Source of the DNA: Fimbriimonadales bacterium
GTDB taxonomy: Bacteria; Armatimonadota; Fimbriimonadia; Fimbriimonadales; JABRVX01
Length of the DNA stretch: 62,142 nucleotides
Direction: 5' to 3'
Assembly (NCBI GenBank): GCA_045862955.1
Contig: BTVI01000021.1
Coordinates: 1 to 62,142 of the forward strand
In this document: positions 20,414-29,538 of the stretch, piece after piece
How positions within the stretch are numbered: position 1 is the stretch's first letter
Layout: the number at the start of each line of letters is the position of its first letter
Translations under genes and position numbers: made by a program
Notes under the pieces: generated by a model
What the model was told of the DNA's origin: nothing
Databases searched by the model: none
What the model saw: the letters and a program-made list of their open reading frames with translations, nothing else

Positions 20414-21467
20414 TGCGATGCAGCCTCCGATCCAGTTGGAGAATGGCCGGCACGATGCCCTCGAGAGGCACGACACAGTCCACGCATCCCGCCTCGATGG
20501 CCGACTTCGGCATCCCGAAAACCACGCAGCTCTCCTCCGCCTCGGCCAGTGTGTAGCCGCCTCTAGCTCGGATTGCCTGCAGGCCGGCTGTCCCGTCTCG
20601 ACCCATGCCGGTCAGCACCACGCCCACGACCCGGTCTCCAAAGACCTGGGCAGCGCTCTGCATCGTAATGTCTGCTGCGGGGCGGACGCCCTGCACCGGC
20701 GGTTCGTTCGTCAGCAGCACCGAGCCTTCGGCAGAGACACGCATGTGGGAGCCGCCTGGTGCAAGCAGCGCCTCGCCGGGGCTCACTCGTTCACCCTCCG
20801 CGGCGACGCGCACCCGCATGGTTCCGATGCTGGAGAGGCGGCCCGCGAGCAGTTCGGGGAAACCGAGCGGCATGTGCTGCACTACCAGCATCGCCGGCCG
20901 AAAGCCCGGGGGCAACGCGCCGAAAATGTGGGTCAGAGCCTTCGGCCCCCCGGTGGATGCGCCAATCACGACCACCTGCTCCTCGCGACCTGTCGGATTG
21001 TTTCCCGAGGAGTGGTCCGAGCGCAGCACGGCCCCACTGGGGGCCGCCAGCGGCCGTAGACCGGGCGCTCGCACGCGAGCCGCTGCGGTCACCTTCTCGA
21101 TCAGCTCGGTTCGCATGGCAGCCATCGCCTGGGCGCCGCCTTCGGCTGGCTTGGCCACGAAGTCCACGGCGCCGAGCTCCAGCGCACGGATCGTCGGTGC
21201 AGCGCCCTCCATCGTATGGCTGCTCAGCATCACCACGGGCCTCGGACGAGAGCTCATGATCCGTCGAAGCGTCTCGATGCCGTCCATCTCGGGCATGACG
21301 ACGTCCAACGTGATCACGTCTGGCTGCAGATGCGGGATCACCTCGAGCGCCTCGCGTCCGTCGGCTGCATGGCCCGCAACGCGTATGGCAGGATCGGACT
21401 GCAGGAAGTCCGTGATCAGCCTTCGCATGAAGGCCGAGTCGTCTACGACCAACACGCGGATGGGCAT
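20406..21467 (-). CDS. cheB: Chemotaxis methylesterase CheB (receiver + esterase)
   Basis: VLVVDDSAFMR, GASTGGP, VQHMP, LTGMGRDG. Confidence 0.95.
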   Translation of the reverse strand: MPIRVLVVDDSAFMRRLITDFLQSDPAIRVAGHAADGREALEVIPHLQPDVITLDVVMPEMDGIETLRRIMSSRPRPVVMLSSHTMEGAAPTIRALELGAVDFVAKPAEGGAQAMAAMRTELIEKVTAAARVRAPGLRPLAAPSGAVLRSDHSSGNNPTGREEQVVVIGASTGGPKALTHIFGALPPGFRPAMLVVQHMPLGFPELLAGRLSSIGTMRVRVAAEGERVSPGEALLAPGGSHMRVSAEGSVLLTNEPPVQGVRPAADITMQSAAQVFGDRVVGVVLTGMGRDGTAGLQAIRARGGYTLAEAEESCVVFGMPKSAIEAGCVDCVVPLEGIVPAILQLDRRLHRSA

Positions 21468-21475
21468 CCTGTTAC

Positions 21476-22330
21476 CTATTTCAGGGCGTACGCGTCCAGA
21501 GCTTTCGATACTGCGGGCTGCATATCGGCGAGCACCCAGTCGTAGTCCTCGCCCTCCAGCCCTAGCCGCTGCATGCTTCCGGTATTGAGGGTGTAACACA
21601 GCCCGTCGCCACCTAAGCCGTAACCAAGCGTCATTGCCAGCACGTCGGCGATGTGCACGCAGTCTACGAGTAACTCTGGCGGGTCGCAGCGTCCGGGAGC
21701 GTGGTGATATTGAATCGCTTTTTCCAGCGCCTCGGGCAGATTCCACCGCTGCGCAAGGTAGGCCCCCACGTCGCAGTGGTCGAACCCGAACTCCTCACGC
21801 TCGAGCTGGTCGAAGGGCGTCTGCTCCTGCTCGCAACGCACGACGAGGTCGGCAAGCCGGGCTTCCATCCACATGCTGAGCACTACCTTGCCGAGGTCGT
21901 GTAGCAAGCCTGCGCTGAATGCCTCCTCGCCGCTCACCTTCCGCGACCGGGCCGCGAGTAGCTGCGCGCCGATGGATACCGCGATAGAGTGCTCCCAGAG
22001 GGCTCTCGGGGCTAGTGCATAGCCTTTTCGCGGCTGTGTGAGCCACGGGAAGGTCGAGGCGACCAAAGCAAGGTGCCTCACGGTCTTCATGCCCAGCATG
22101 ACGACCGCTTCCTGCAGGCTCGTGATCCTCCGCGGAAGACCGTAGTAGGCGGAGTTCGCCAACCGGAGCACTCGCGCGGTCAGCGACTGGTCGTACGCGA
22201 TCTTGCCGGCGACCTTGGACGCCGTAGCGTCTGCGTCTCCCGCGAGGCGAACGACCGACAGCACGGCTTCGGGGATGGACGGTAGGTCCGAGGTCCTGTT
22301 GACGATCTCATCCAGTGTGAGCGGTACCAT
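21476..22330 (-). CDS. HDOD-domain protein
   Basis: LPSIP, DQSLTARVLRLANSAYYG, GLLHDLGK, WNLP, IQYHH. Confidence 0.92.
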   Translation of the reverse strand: MVPLTLDEIVNRTSDLPSIPEAVLSVVRLAGDADATASKVAGKIAYDQSLTARVLRLANSAYYGLPRRITSLQEAVVMLGMKTVRHLALVASTFPWLTQPRKGYALAPRALWEHSIAVSIGAQLLAARSRKVSGEEAFSAGLLHDLGKVVLSMWMEARLADLVVRCEQEQTPFDQLEREEFGFDHCDVGAYLAQRWNLPEALEKAIQYHHAPGRCDPPELLVDCVHIADVLAMTLGYGLGGDGLCYTLNTGSMQRLGLEGEDYDWVLADMQPAVSKALDAYALK

Positions 22331-22339
22331 CCGACCCTC

Positions 22340-22864
22340 CTATGCCGCTCGTAGCGCCTGGCTACGCAGATTGCACAACTCGGCCTCTCCTTGTGTGAAC
22401 GAGCGGATTCGGACGGAACCGGTGCCGCTTTCGAACACCAGCGACCGTCCCGACGCTCCGCCTACATCGGCGGCGACGATGCGGAAACCGTGTTGCGTCA
22501 GAGCTTCTCTGACCGCCTCGCTATTGCGTGTCCCGATGTCGAGGCGGTTCTTATCGCCGGACCCGAGTTGGAACACCTGTGCACCGCCAGCGTAGGCGAC
22601 TGCCGCGTCCGCCACGCGCCCTCCCAGGGCCTCGAGCTGACGCTTGATCTCGGGTACGGCCGTGTCGGCGAACTTGCCCGGCTCTTCCGTCGGCTTTCCG
22701 GAGAAGCTGCGGGGGAGCATGATGTGGGCTACGACCGACACGTTTGCCACAGGGTCCAAGAGGCACACCGCGATGCACGAGCCTAGCCCCAAGCAGACGT
22801 AGGAGACTGGACCCTTGTACGACTTGACCTCGGCCATGCCGACATTCACAGTCCGTGAAGTCAT
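22340..22864 (-). CDS. cheD: Chemoreceptor glutamine deamidase CheD
   Basis: LGLGSCIAVCL, AHIMLP, KFADTA, GGAQVF, IGTRN, DVGG. Confidence 0.93.
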   Translation of the reverse strand: MTSRTVNVGMAEVKSYKGPVSYVCLGLGSCIAVCLLDPVANVSVVAHIMLPRSFSGKPTEEPGKFADTAVPEIKRQLEALGGRVADAAVAYAGGAQVFQLGSGDKNRLDIGTRNSEAVREALTQHGFRIVAADVGGASGRSLVFESGTGSVRIRSFTQGEAELCNLRSQALRAA

Positions 22865-23481
22865 GCTGCCTCCGATCGCACCCCGAGGGCCCGAAAGAGC
22901 GATTCCAAGCTGCCTTCGGAAGGGATATAGAGGAAAAACCCGGGCGCAGCCCGCCCTTCTTCTCGGAAAACGGTGTTTAGGGCGATAACTTCCGACTGCT
23001 CGGCCCATGCTTGGGTGACGATGCTTTCGAGAAGCACTTCCGGCCTGTCCACCGCCAAGAGCGGCGGCGAGGGGAGGCACGTGTCCGAAACGAGGCAAGC
23101 GATGGCGTTGAGAAACCCCGACAGAACGATGTTACCGACCTCCAGCGCAGCCGAGGCATACATCTCGTCCATCTGCCATACGTTCTCGGGATGGGAGCCC
23201 ACCAGGATATCCCAGAGTTCCGAAGCAGAGTCCCAGCCGAACATGAGCACCATGTGTCCGCTCAGTGCCCCCGAGACCGACATGTACAGAGCCAAGGTGG
23301 TTTGGTAGCTGCCGAAATGGTTGGGTACTTCGGCTAGGCCCATCGCGCGGACGCTCGGAACCTCCGCCAGAAGCTTGCGCTTGGTCATGTCGGCAAGCGC
23401 AGTGATTGCGTTGCCGAGCCCGATATTGGTGACTTCACGGAGGACGTCGAGCTCCGTTTCGGATAGGCTCTGTGCAGGCAT
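22861..23481 (-). CDS. cheC: CheY-P phosphatase CheC
   Basis: Two ExxN motifs (EVTNIG, EVGNIV) and PSPP. Confidence 0.9.
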   Translation of the reverse strand: MPAQSLSETELDVLREVTNIGLGNAITALADMTKRKLLAEVPSVRAMGLAEVPNHFGSYQTTLALYMSVSGALSGHMVLMFGWDSASELWDILVGSHPENVWQMDEMYASAALEVGNIVLSGFLNAIACLVSDTCLPSPPLLAVDRPEVLLESIVTQAWAEQSEVIALNTVFREEGRAAPGFFLYIPSEGSLESLFRALGVRSEAA

Positions 23482-23710
23482 GGAGATTCCCCTCCCAGTT
23501 ATTCCCATTCTCGGCGCGGGAGGCACTGCGGTGGAGTGCCGGAATAGGCGAGGCAGCCTGAGGAGGTGAGTTTGGAGACCGAGGCTGCGTGTCATTCTAC
23601 TCACGTAGGCTGTCCGCTTCTCGCCGAACAGGGCGCGGGAAGGGGAGCGGCGCCTCGTGCGCCTGGCATCCGATGCCCCCGCGATCGACGTTGCCAGGGA
23701 GCCCACTCTT

Positions 23711-23786
23711 CCATACCCTGGCCCGCGTCCGCCAAGTAGCAGCTACGAAAGGCACGGCCTAGACCTAAGGACCGCGCCAGGGCATG
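23711..23786 (+). repeat. Hairpin element B copy with a compensatory stem change
   Basis: CCATACCCTGGCCCGCGTCC...CCTAAGGACCGCGCCAGGGCATG. Confidence 0.75.
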
Positions 23787-23948
23787 AGCCGGACCCTCCG
23801 CACCAGTGAAGTTGCGGGCCTGCTCGACCTGCCCGCAGGCGCGGGACCAGGGCACAGCGACCACATCGAGGCGCCGAGAGCCTGAGCGGGCTCTCGCACC
23901 CCCAAGACTCCTCGCAGCCTGGGCTAAGGACCCAAACCCAGGGGGTTG

Positions 23949-25196
23949 CTATGCCGAGGGGCGGACGGCGCAGAGCAGCGCCTCCACCAAGCGGTCGTCG
24001 GCGTCCTCCGGGTGCCTCTTCCTCAGGTCCTGCGCGAACTTTCGGAAGGCTGTGGGAGAGACCCCCTTACCTCCCCGAAGCTGCGACAGGTACGCCGCGC
24101 CGACGATCACCTGGCACTCCAGTCCGAAGGTCTCGTCGGACACGCTGCGCGTCCCCGCACGAATGCACTCGGCGAAGTTCAGAATCTCTCCGTAGAAGCT
24201 GCTCGGCCACGGCATCCACGTGGGACCGCTCGCCGCCACACTCCGCTCTGCCCCGTGGGCATCCGTCACGACGGCCCAGTGCTTGCCCTCTTCGTCCTCG
24301 TGCATCCGCAGGAAGCCGGTGGTTCCACACACCATGGTCTCGGGCGAGTCGCGGTGGCTCCATGAGCCTTCGACGTGGGCCGTGCTCCACGCCGAGGTCG
24401 CCGGGTCCTCGAAGCGGATTAGGATGTGCCCGTCGTCTTCTACGCGCACCGAGTCGAACTTGCCGTCGATGATGCGCTCCGGCATGCGGACCGTGATGCC
24501 GATGGGCTGTGCGGCCTTCACCATCGTGGGGCGCTTCGAGAGGCCGCTGAGGAACCAAGAGGCGGCCACCGCGTGAATGCCGCAGTCCAGGAGAGCCCCG
24601 CCGCCGCCGATGCCGCTCTGCCAGAAGTTGGGATTGCCTTCCGGCCCGCCGTGCGCGGTGGCCAGGTACATCGCCACCGGCTCGCCGATCCAGCCCGCGT
24701 CGATCAGTTTCTTGGCGGTGTAGTAGAAGGGCTCCCACAACCAGTTCTCGTTGTGCTGGTACAGCTTCCCGGAGCGCTGCACGGCCTCCAAGATGCGCAG
24801 GCAGTCGTAGTACGAGCGCGCCATCGGCTTTTCGCACATCACGTGCAGGCCTGCATCGAGAGCCTCGATGGCCAAGGGTGCGTGATCCTTGGGTTGCGTG
24901 CAGATGTCCACTGCATCCGGCTTCTCGTCGGCAAGCAAAGCGGAGAGGTTGCTGTAGGTCTTGACCGAGGCGACGTCGTTGCGGAGGCGGTCCGCCGCCC
25001 GCGCATCACCGGCGGCCTCTGCCTGCTGAGCCTTCTCCTCGTAGAGCTGCCACATGTCGAGCTGCGTGCGACCGATGTTGTCCTCGTTGGGGTCCACGAG
25101 GGCGCAAAGCTGGAACTGAGGGATTTCGGGATAGGCGCGCAGGTGCGCTCCGAAGATGCCGCCCGTGCCGACTCCCGCGATGCGAATGCGTTTCAT
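23949..25196 (-). CDS. Gfo/Idh/MocA-family oxidoreductase
   Basis: IAGVGTGGI, HVMCEKPMA, GGGALLDCGIH, VEDDG. Confidence 0.9.
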   Translation of the reverse strand: MKRIRIAGVGTGGIFGAHLRAYPEIPQFQLCALVDPNEDNIGRTQLDMWQLYEEKAQQAEAAGDARAADRLRNDVASVKTYSNLSALLADEKPDAVDICTQPKDHAPLAIEALDAGLHVMCEKPMARSYYDCLRILEAVQRSGKLYQHNENWLWEPFYYTAKKLIDAGWIGEPVAMYLATAHGGPEGNPNFWQSGIGGGGALLDCGIHAVAASWFLSGLSKRPTMVKAAQPIGITVRMPERIIDGKFDSVRVEDDGHILIRFEDPATSAWSTAHVEGSWSHRDSPETMVCGTTGFLRMHEDEEGKHWAVVTDAHGAERSVAASGPTWMPWPSSFYGEILNFAECIRAGTRSVSDETFGLECQVIVGAAYLSQLRGGKGVSPTAFRKFAQDLRKRHPEDADDRLVEALLCAVRPSA

Positions 25197-25297
25197 GCCC
25201 AATCCTCCGGGGGTACTCTTATGGTCAGAGCTACACCCGATGCGCTCTCACTTCCTGCCTCGGGCGCCTAGGATGCGGCCTTTCGACGTATAGGTAA

Positions 25298-26518
25298 GTG
25301 ATGCGCACAACGATTGCCCTCTGGCTCTTCCTCGCCGCCAACCTCCTGGCACCGACCGTAGTCGGCCAAGAAGGCCAGTCCGTGACGCCACCTGCCGACC
25401 CCCCGCTATCCGAGCAGGACAAGCAAGAGGTGGAGATGGGCAAGAAGGGCCTTGCCGAGGTGCAGGCCTCGGGCAAGCTGGGCAAGGACGAGGCGATCCT
25501 CGCGCGCATCCGCACGATAGGCAACACGCTCGCCGAGATCGCGAAGCGCAAGGAACTGCAGCCCACTTACGGTTATGGACGTCGAGCCGCTTTCGACTAC
25601 CAGTTCTTCTACATCGAAGATAAAGACGTCAACGCCTTCGCGATGCCCGGCGGCTTTATCTTCGTACACTCGGGGCTGCTCGACTTCGTAGAGTCGGACG
25701 ACGAGCTGGCCGCGGTTCTTGCGCACGAGATCATCCACGCCGCTCACCACCACCTCAGAAAGGTCGGCGAGGACCAGGCGAAGGTGAACCGCGACTCGAT
25801 GCTCGCGGCCCTGGCGGCGGCGCTGGCGACAGGCGGTGGGAGCGAGAACACCTACAACATCATCACCGGCACCATGCTCTACCAGGTGGCACGCACCAAC
25901 CGCTACGTGCTGAAGGCCGAGCTAGACGCGGACATCGGTGCCTACGCGCTTCTTCGCGAATCTCCCTACAACCCCGTGGGCATGCTCACAGTGATGGAAC
26001 GGCTCTATTGGAAGAACGCGATGCAGCCTGCGCTGGACTGGGGCATCTTCCAAACTCACCCGCCGACTGCCGAACGGGCCTCGAATGCCCTTCACATGCT
26101 CGCGCAGGACCGCGTGCCCGTGCGCCGTAGCGCCGTGTCCAGTAGCAACCGTGCCGTGGCCAAGCTGGTCACCGAGGGGGATAAGAGGTTCCAGGAGATC
26201 ACGTTGGGTGACCTTCGCATCGTTCGCCTCGTGGCCGATCCCGAGCCAGCCGATCCCCTCTCGCGGGCCAACGGCATGCTGCCGGCTCTCAACCTGCTGC
26301 TCGACTCGGAGCTGGAGCTATACGAGGTGACCGCGCCTGCTCCGGGCCGCATCTCGGCTCGCGGCGTGACGCTCGTGGAGTTCGGCGAGGACGACGCCCG
26401 GGCAAACGGCCAGAGCTTGGCCGAGATGACCAAGCAGGTGCGCGAGCAGGTGCGCCGCGTTGTGAACCAACTTGCGAGAATCCGCTCGCTTTCATCCCAG
26501 CCCTTCCGCTTGGACTGA
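25298..26518 (+). CDS. Secreted M48-family Zn metalloprotease
   Basis: Signal peptide; VNAFAMPGG, LAAVLAHEIIH (HExxH), ELDAD, THPP. Confidence 0.9.
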   Translation: MMRTTIALWLFLAANLLAPTVVGQEGQSVTPPADPPLSEQDKQEVEMGKKGLAEVQASGKLGKDEAILARIRTIGNTLAEIAKRKELQPTYGYGRRAAFDYQFFYIEDKDVNAFAMPGGFIFVHSGLLDFVESDDELAAVLAHEIIHAAHHHLRKVGEDQAKVNRDSMLAALAAALATGGGSENTYNIITGTMLYQVARTNRYVLKAELDADIGAYALLRESPYNPVGMLTVMERLYWKNAMQPALDWGIFQTHPPTAERASNALHMLAQDRVPVRRSAVSSSNRAVAKLVTEGDKRFQEITLGDLRIVRLVADPEPADPLSRANGMLPALNLLLDSELELYEVTAPAPGRISARGVTLVEFGEDDARANGQSLAEMTKQVREQVRRVVNQLARIRSLSSQPFRLD

Positions 26519-26570
26519 AGCCCGTCGCCTGATCCGCTCTCGCCGCCTTGCCGACAATCTCGGTGAGACG

Positions 26571-27236
26571 ATGAGCACGGACCCCTGCGCTCTCGATAAA
26601 CTCAAACCCGGACTGCCGGTGGACCTGGTATCGGGTGCCGGCGGCACGGAGCGCCGCATCTCGCGCTTCATCTTGGTAGAGCCCGGCGAGGCCCGGATCC
26701 GGATCAAGCCGGCCAACGATGAGAGGATCCGCAGCCTTCCGAAGGTTGGAAGCCAAGTCGGATTGCTGGTGCATTGCGGCCGTACCGCGCTTAGGGCCGA
26801 AGCCGTGATTACCGGTACCGAAGGCAGCCGAATCGACCCGCTGCTGACCGTGGCGATAGGGACCGAGTGGACCGAGTTGGTTCACCGTTCGAGCGAGCGC
26901 ATCCCTGCCGACGTCCCCGCCGACGTCCACACGCCCGATCCGCATCGGGCGGGGCAGATAAGCATCATGCGTGGCCGGCTTATCGACGTGAGCACCACGG
27001 GATGCCGTGTGCGACTCGCCAAGGCCCTACCGAAGGGCACGATGTTGGCGCTTTCGTTCACACTCCCGGGCTCCACGCGGAAGCTGACGATAATGGGACA
27101 GGCGGTTCGCTCACTGCCCAGCCCCGGTCAGACCAACTTCTCGGATGTCGGACTGCGCTTCGTGCATATCGGCCAGGACGAGCGAGATGCTTTGAACGAC
27201 TGGATATCTCAGTCGCTGATGGTCGAAGCGGCTTAG
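26571..27236 (+). CDS. YcgR-like PilZ-domain (c-di-GMP-binding) protein
   Basis: RSSER (RxxxR) and DVSTTG (DxSxxG), GLRF. Confidence 0.8.
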   Translation: MSTDPCALDKLKPGLPVDLVSGAGGTERRISRFILVEPGEARIRIKPANDERIRSLPKVGSQVGLLVHCGRTALRAEAVITGTEGSRIDPLLTVAIGTEWTELVHRSSERIPADVPADVHTPDPHRAGQISIMRGRLIDVSTTGCRVRLAKALPKGTMLALSFTLPGSTRKLTIMGQAVRSLPSPGQTNFSDVGLRFVHIGQDERDALNDWISQSLMVEAA

Positions 27237-27277
27237 CACGGACAAACGGTGCGCGCGAGTAGAACTGCGGGAGCAAG

Positions 27278-28072
27278 TTGTTGTCCATCACGATAGGAAA
27301 GCGGTTCCACCTTCGCGTAGTGTCGCGCTCGGGATCTGCCGAGCTGATCGAATGTGTGGCAGTGGCTCTCGAGAATGACCTGATCTGGTGTCGCTGTCTT
27401 CGCGTGCTTCCAACCGAGCGGCGTCCGGCTCCGGGGATGACTGTCTCGCTGACACTGCAGGATGCCGGCACGGCGTTGGTCGCCCAAAGTGTGATCCGGT
27501 CCACGCGGCTCACGCGTCGTGGATTGGCACTGGCAATCGCTCAGCCGGTCGAGTGGTTGCCGAGAACCGACAGGACCTCCGTGCGTGTGCCAACGGAGAT
27601 TCCTGCTCACGTTCTCCGACAAAGCGACGTTGCGAGACCCGGCGCCCGACCGATGCCATCTACCATCTACGACATCAGTAAGACCGGAGCGCGCGTACGA
27701 GGGCGCCTCGTTCTGCACAACGACGAGCGCTTGCTGCTCACCTTTCGACTCGATGGCAGCGACGATGAGCATGCGGTAGTTGCCCAGGTCCGCCGTGCAA
27801 TCCGTACCCAGGGCACGGGAAGCAGCGGCTACGAGGCCGGCGTCCATTTCGTCAAGATGCTGGATCGGACCCGGGCCGCCCTCGACAAATACGTGGAGAA
27901 CAGCACGGCGCTGCTCTCCGACGCAGACGATGCGCTCGAGTTCGACCCCGAACAAGAACTGGCAGACCTGCGACTGCGTACCGAGCCGGAACCCCCGACC
28001 CGTAGGCAGAAGCCGGCCGGGCTCGAGTGGGTAGACGACGATCTGATGCAAAGCTTCCTCGACGTGGCCTGA
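27278..28072 (+). CDS. Second YcgR-like PilZ-domain protein with acidic C-terminal extension
   Basis: RTSVR and DISKTG motifs, GVHF. Confidence 0.75.
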   Translation: MLSITIGKRFHLRVVSRSGSAELIECVAVALENDLIWCRCLRVLPTERRPAPGMTVSLTLQDAGTALVAQSVIRSTRLTRRGLALAIAQPVEWLPRTDRTSVRVPTEIPAHVLRQSDVARPGARPMPSTIYDISKTGARVRGRLVLHNDERLLLTFRLDGSDDEHAVVAQVRRAIRTQGTGSSGYEAGVHFVKMLDRTRAALDKYVENSTALLSDADDALEFDPEQELADLRLRTEPEPPTRRQKPAGLEWVDDDLMQSFLDVA

Positions 28073-28158
28073 CCTTCCGACCGATGCAGGGATAGACCAA
28101 CTCGCGTCAAACCCGTTCTGCGAACCCGCAACGTATTGCGGAGACGGAGGCGATTGGC

Positions 28159-29430
28159 GTGAGCAAAGCAGACGGGATTACCCGAAGGAATTTCCTCAGA
28201 GCAGTGGCGGCCGGTGCCGGAGCCGTTGCCGTTGGCCGGCCGGTTTGGTCCAAGAACATCTCTCCCAACGATCGCATTCGCATCGGGGTGATCGGCTGTG
28301 GCGGCATGGGAACCGGTCACCTTCGCCGATTGGTGGACATGTCCAAGAACCCCGAGGAAGGCGTGGAGGTGGTCGGGGTGTGCGACATCTACGAGCCCCG
28401 CAAGCAGAGGGCGAAGGAGATCAGTCAGGCCCGACTCCACCACGAATACGAGGAGATGCTGGCGAGATCCGATGTGGACGCAGTGGTGATCGCAACCCCC
28501 GACCACTGGCACGCCAAGATGGCCATGGACGCCATGCACGCCGGCAAGGACGTGTACCTGGAGAAACCCATGACCCGAACCTGGCAAGAGAGCTTCCAGG
28601 TACACGATACGGTGAAGGCTACCGGCAGGGTGCTGCAAGTCGGTGCACAGAGCACCTCCGAGGATAGGTGGTGGCGTGCAAGGGATTGGATTCGCACGGG
28701 CGAGATCGGCAAGGTTCTGTGGACGAAGAGCAGCTTCTGCCGCAACTCGCGCGAGGGCGAGTGGAACTGGCACATCGACCCGGACGCCGGCCCTCACAAC
28801 CTGGACTGGAAGCGCTGGCTCGGACCGGCTCCGAAGCGCCCATGGGACCCGGAGCGGTATTTCCGCTTCCGAAAGTACTGGGACTACTCTGGCGGGATCG
28901 CCACGGACCTCTTCTACCACATCCTCTCTCACCTGCTGGTAGCGCTAGGGCCCGAGATGCCGAAGTATGTTAGTGCGCACGGCGGCATCTATGTGCAGCA
29001 CGACCGCGAGGTGCCCGATACGTTTCACATGCTCATTGACTACCCCTCGCAGCATACGGTGGTTCTCTGCTCGTCCATGGCAAACCGCCAATCGCTCGAA
29101 GAAACCATCTATGGCCATGAGGCCACTCTGCACTTCGAGGATGGTGGTTTTTTGAGGGCACCGGAAGAGGAGTTCAAAGATCAGCGGCCCGAGATTCGCG
29201 TTCGCGAGCGTGCGCGACCGGACCACATGCACAACTTCCTAGAGTGCGTGCGCACGCGGCAGCGGCCCCACTGCGATGCCGAGCTCGCTCTCGCTACCAT
29301 GGTAGCAATCGGCTTGGGTGTGGATGCGTATCGCAAGAGGCAGACCATCGAGTTCGATGCGGAGAAGCGTAGGGTGCAGGGTCGCTCCGCACAGCCCTCG
29401 CTGCCGCGTCACGACCGTTTCCCGCGTTGA
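28159..29430 (+). CDS. Tat-exported Gfo/Idh/MocA-family oxidoreductase
   Basis: TRRNFL twin-arginine signal; GVIGCGGMG, ATPDHWH, DVYLEKPM. Confidence 0.92.
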   Translation: MSKADGITRRNFLRAVAAGAGAVAVGRPVWSKNISPNDRIRIGVIGCGGMGTGHLRRLVDMSKNPEEGVEVVGVCDIYEPRKQRAKEISQARLHHEYEEMLARSDVDAVVIATPDHWHAKMAMDAMHAGKDVYLEKPMTRTWQESFQVHDTVKATGRVLQVGAQSTSEDRWWRARDWIRTGEIGKVLWTKSSFCRNSREGEWNWHIDPDAGPHNLDWKRWLGPAPKRPWDPERYFRFRKYWDYSGGIATDLFYHILSHLLVALGPEMPKYVSAHGGIYVQHDREVPDTFHMLIDYPSQHTVVLCSSMANRQSLEETIYGHEATLHFEDGGFLRAPEEEFKDQRPEIRVRERARPDHMHNFLECVRTRQRPHCDAELALATMVAIGLGVDAYRKRQTIEFDAEKRRVQGRSAQPSLPRHDRFPR

Positions 29431-29462
29431 GCTCCGACTGTTCCGGCCAGCAGCAAAGATGC

Positions 29463-29494
29463 GGCGGGGTCGCCCGCTTCGGGCGACCCCGCTT
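29463..29494. terminator. Bidirectional terminator-like hairpin
   Basis: GCGGGGTCGCCCG-CTT-CGGGCGACCCCGC between convergent genes. Confidence 0.7.
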
Positions 29495-29538
29495 CGGCTG
29501 AGTCAGGATGCGGGACCTTGCATCCGGTGATAAGAGTG

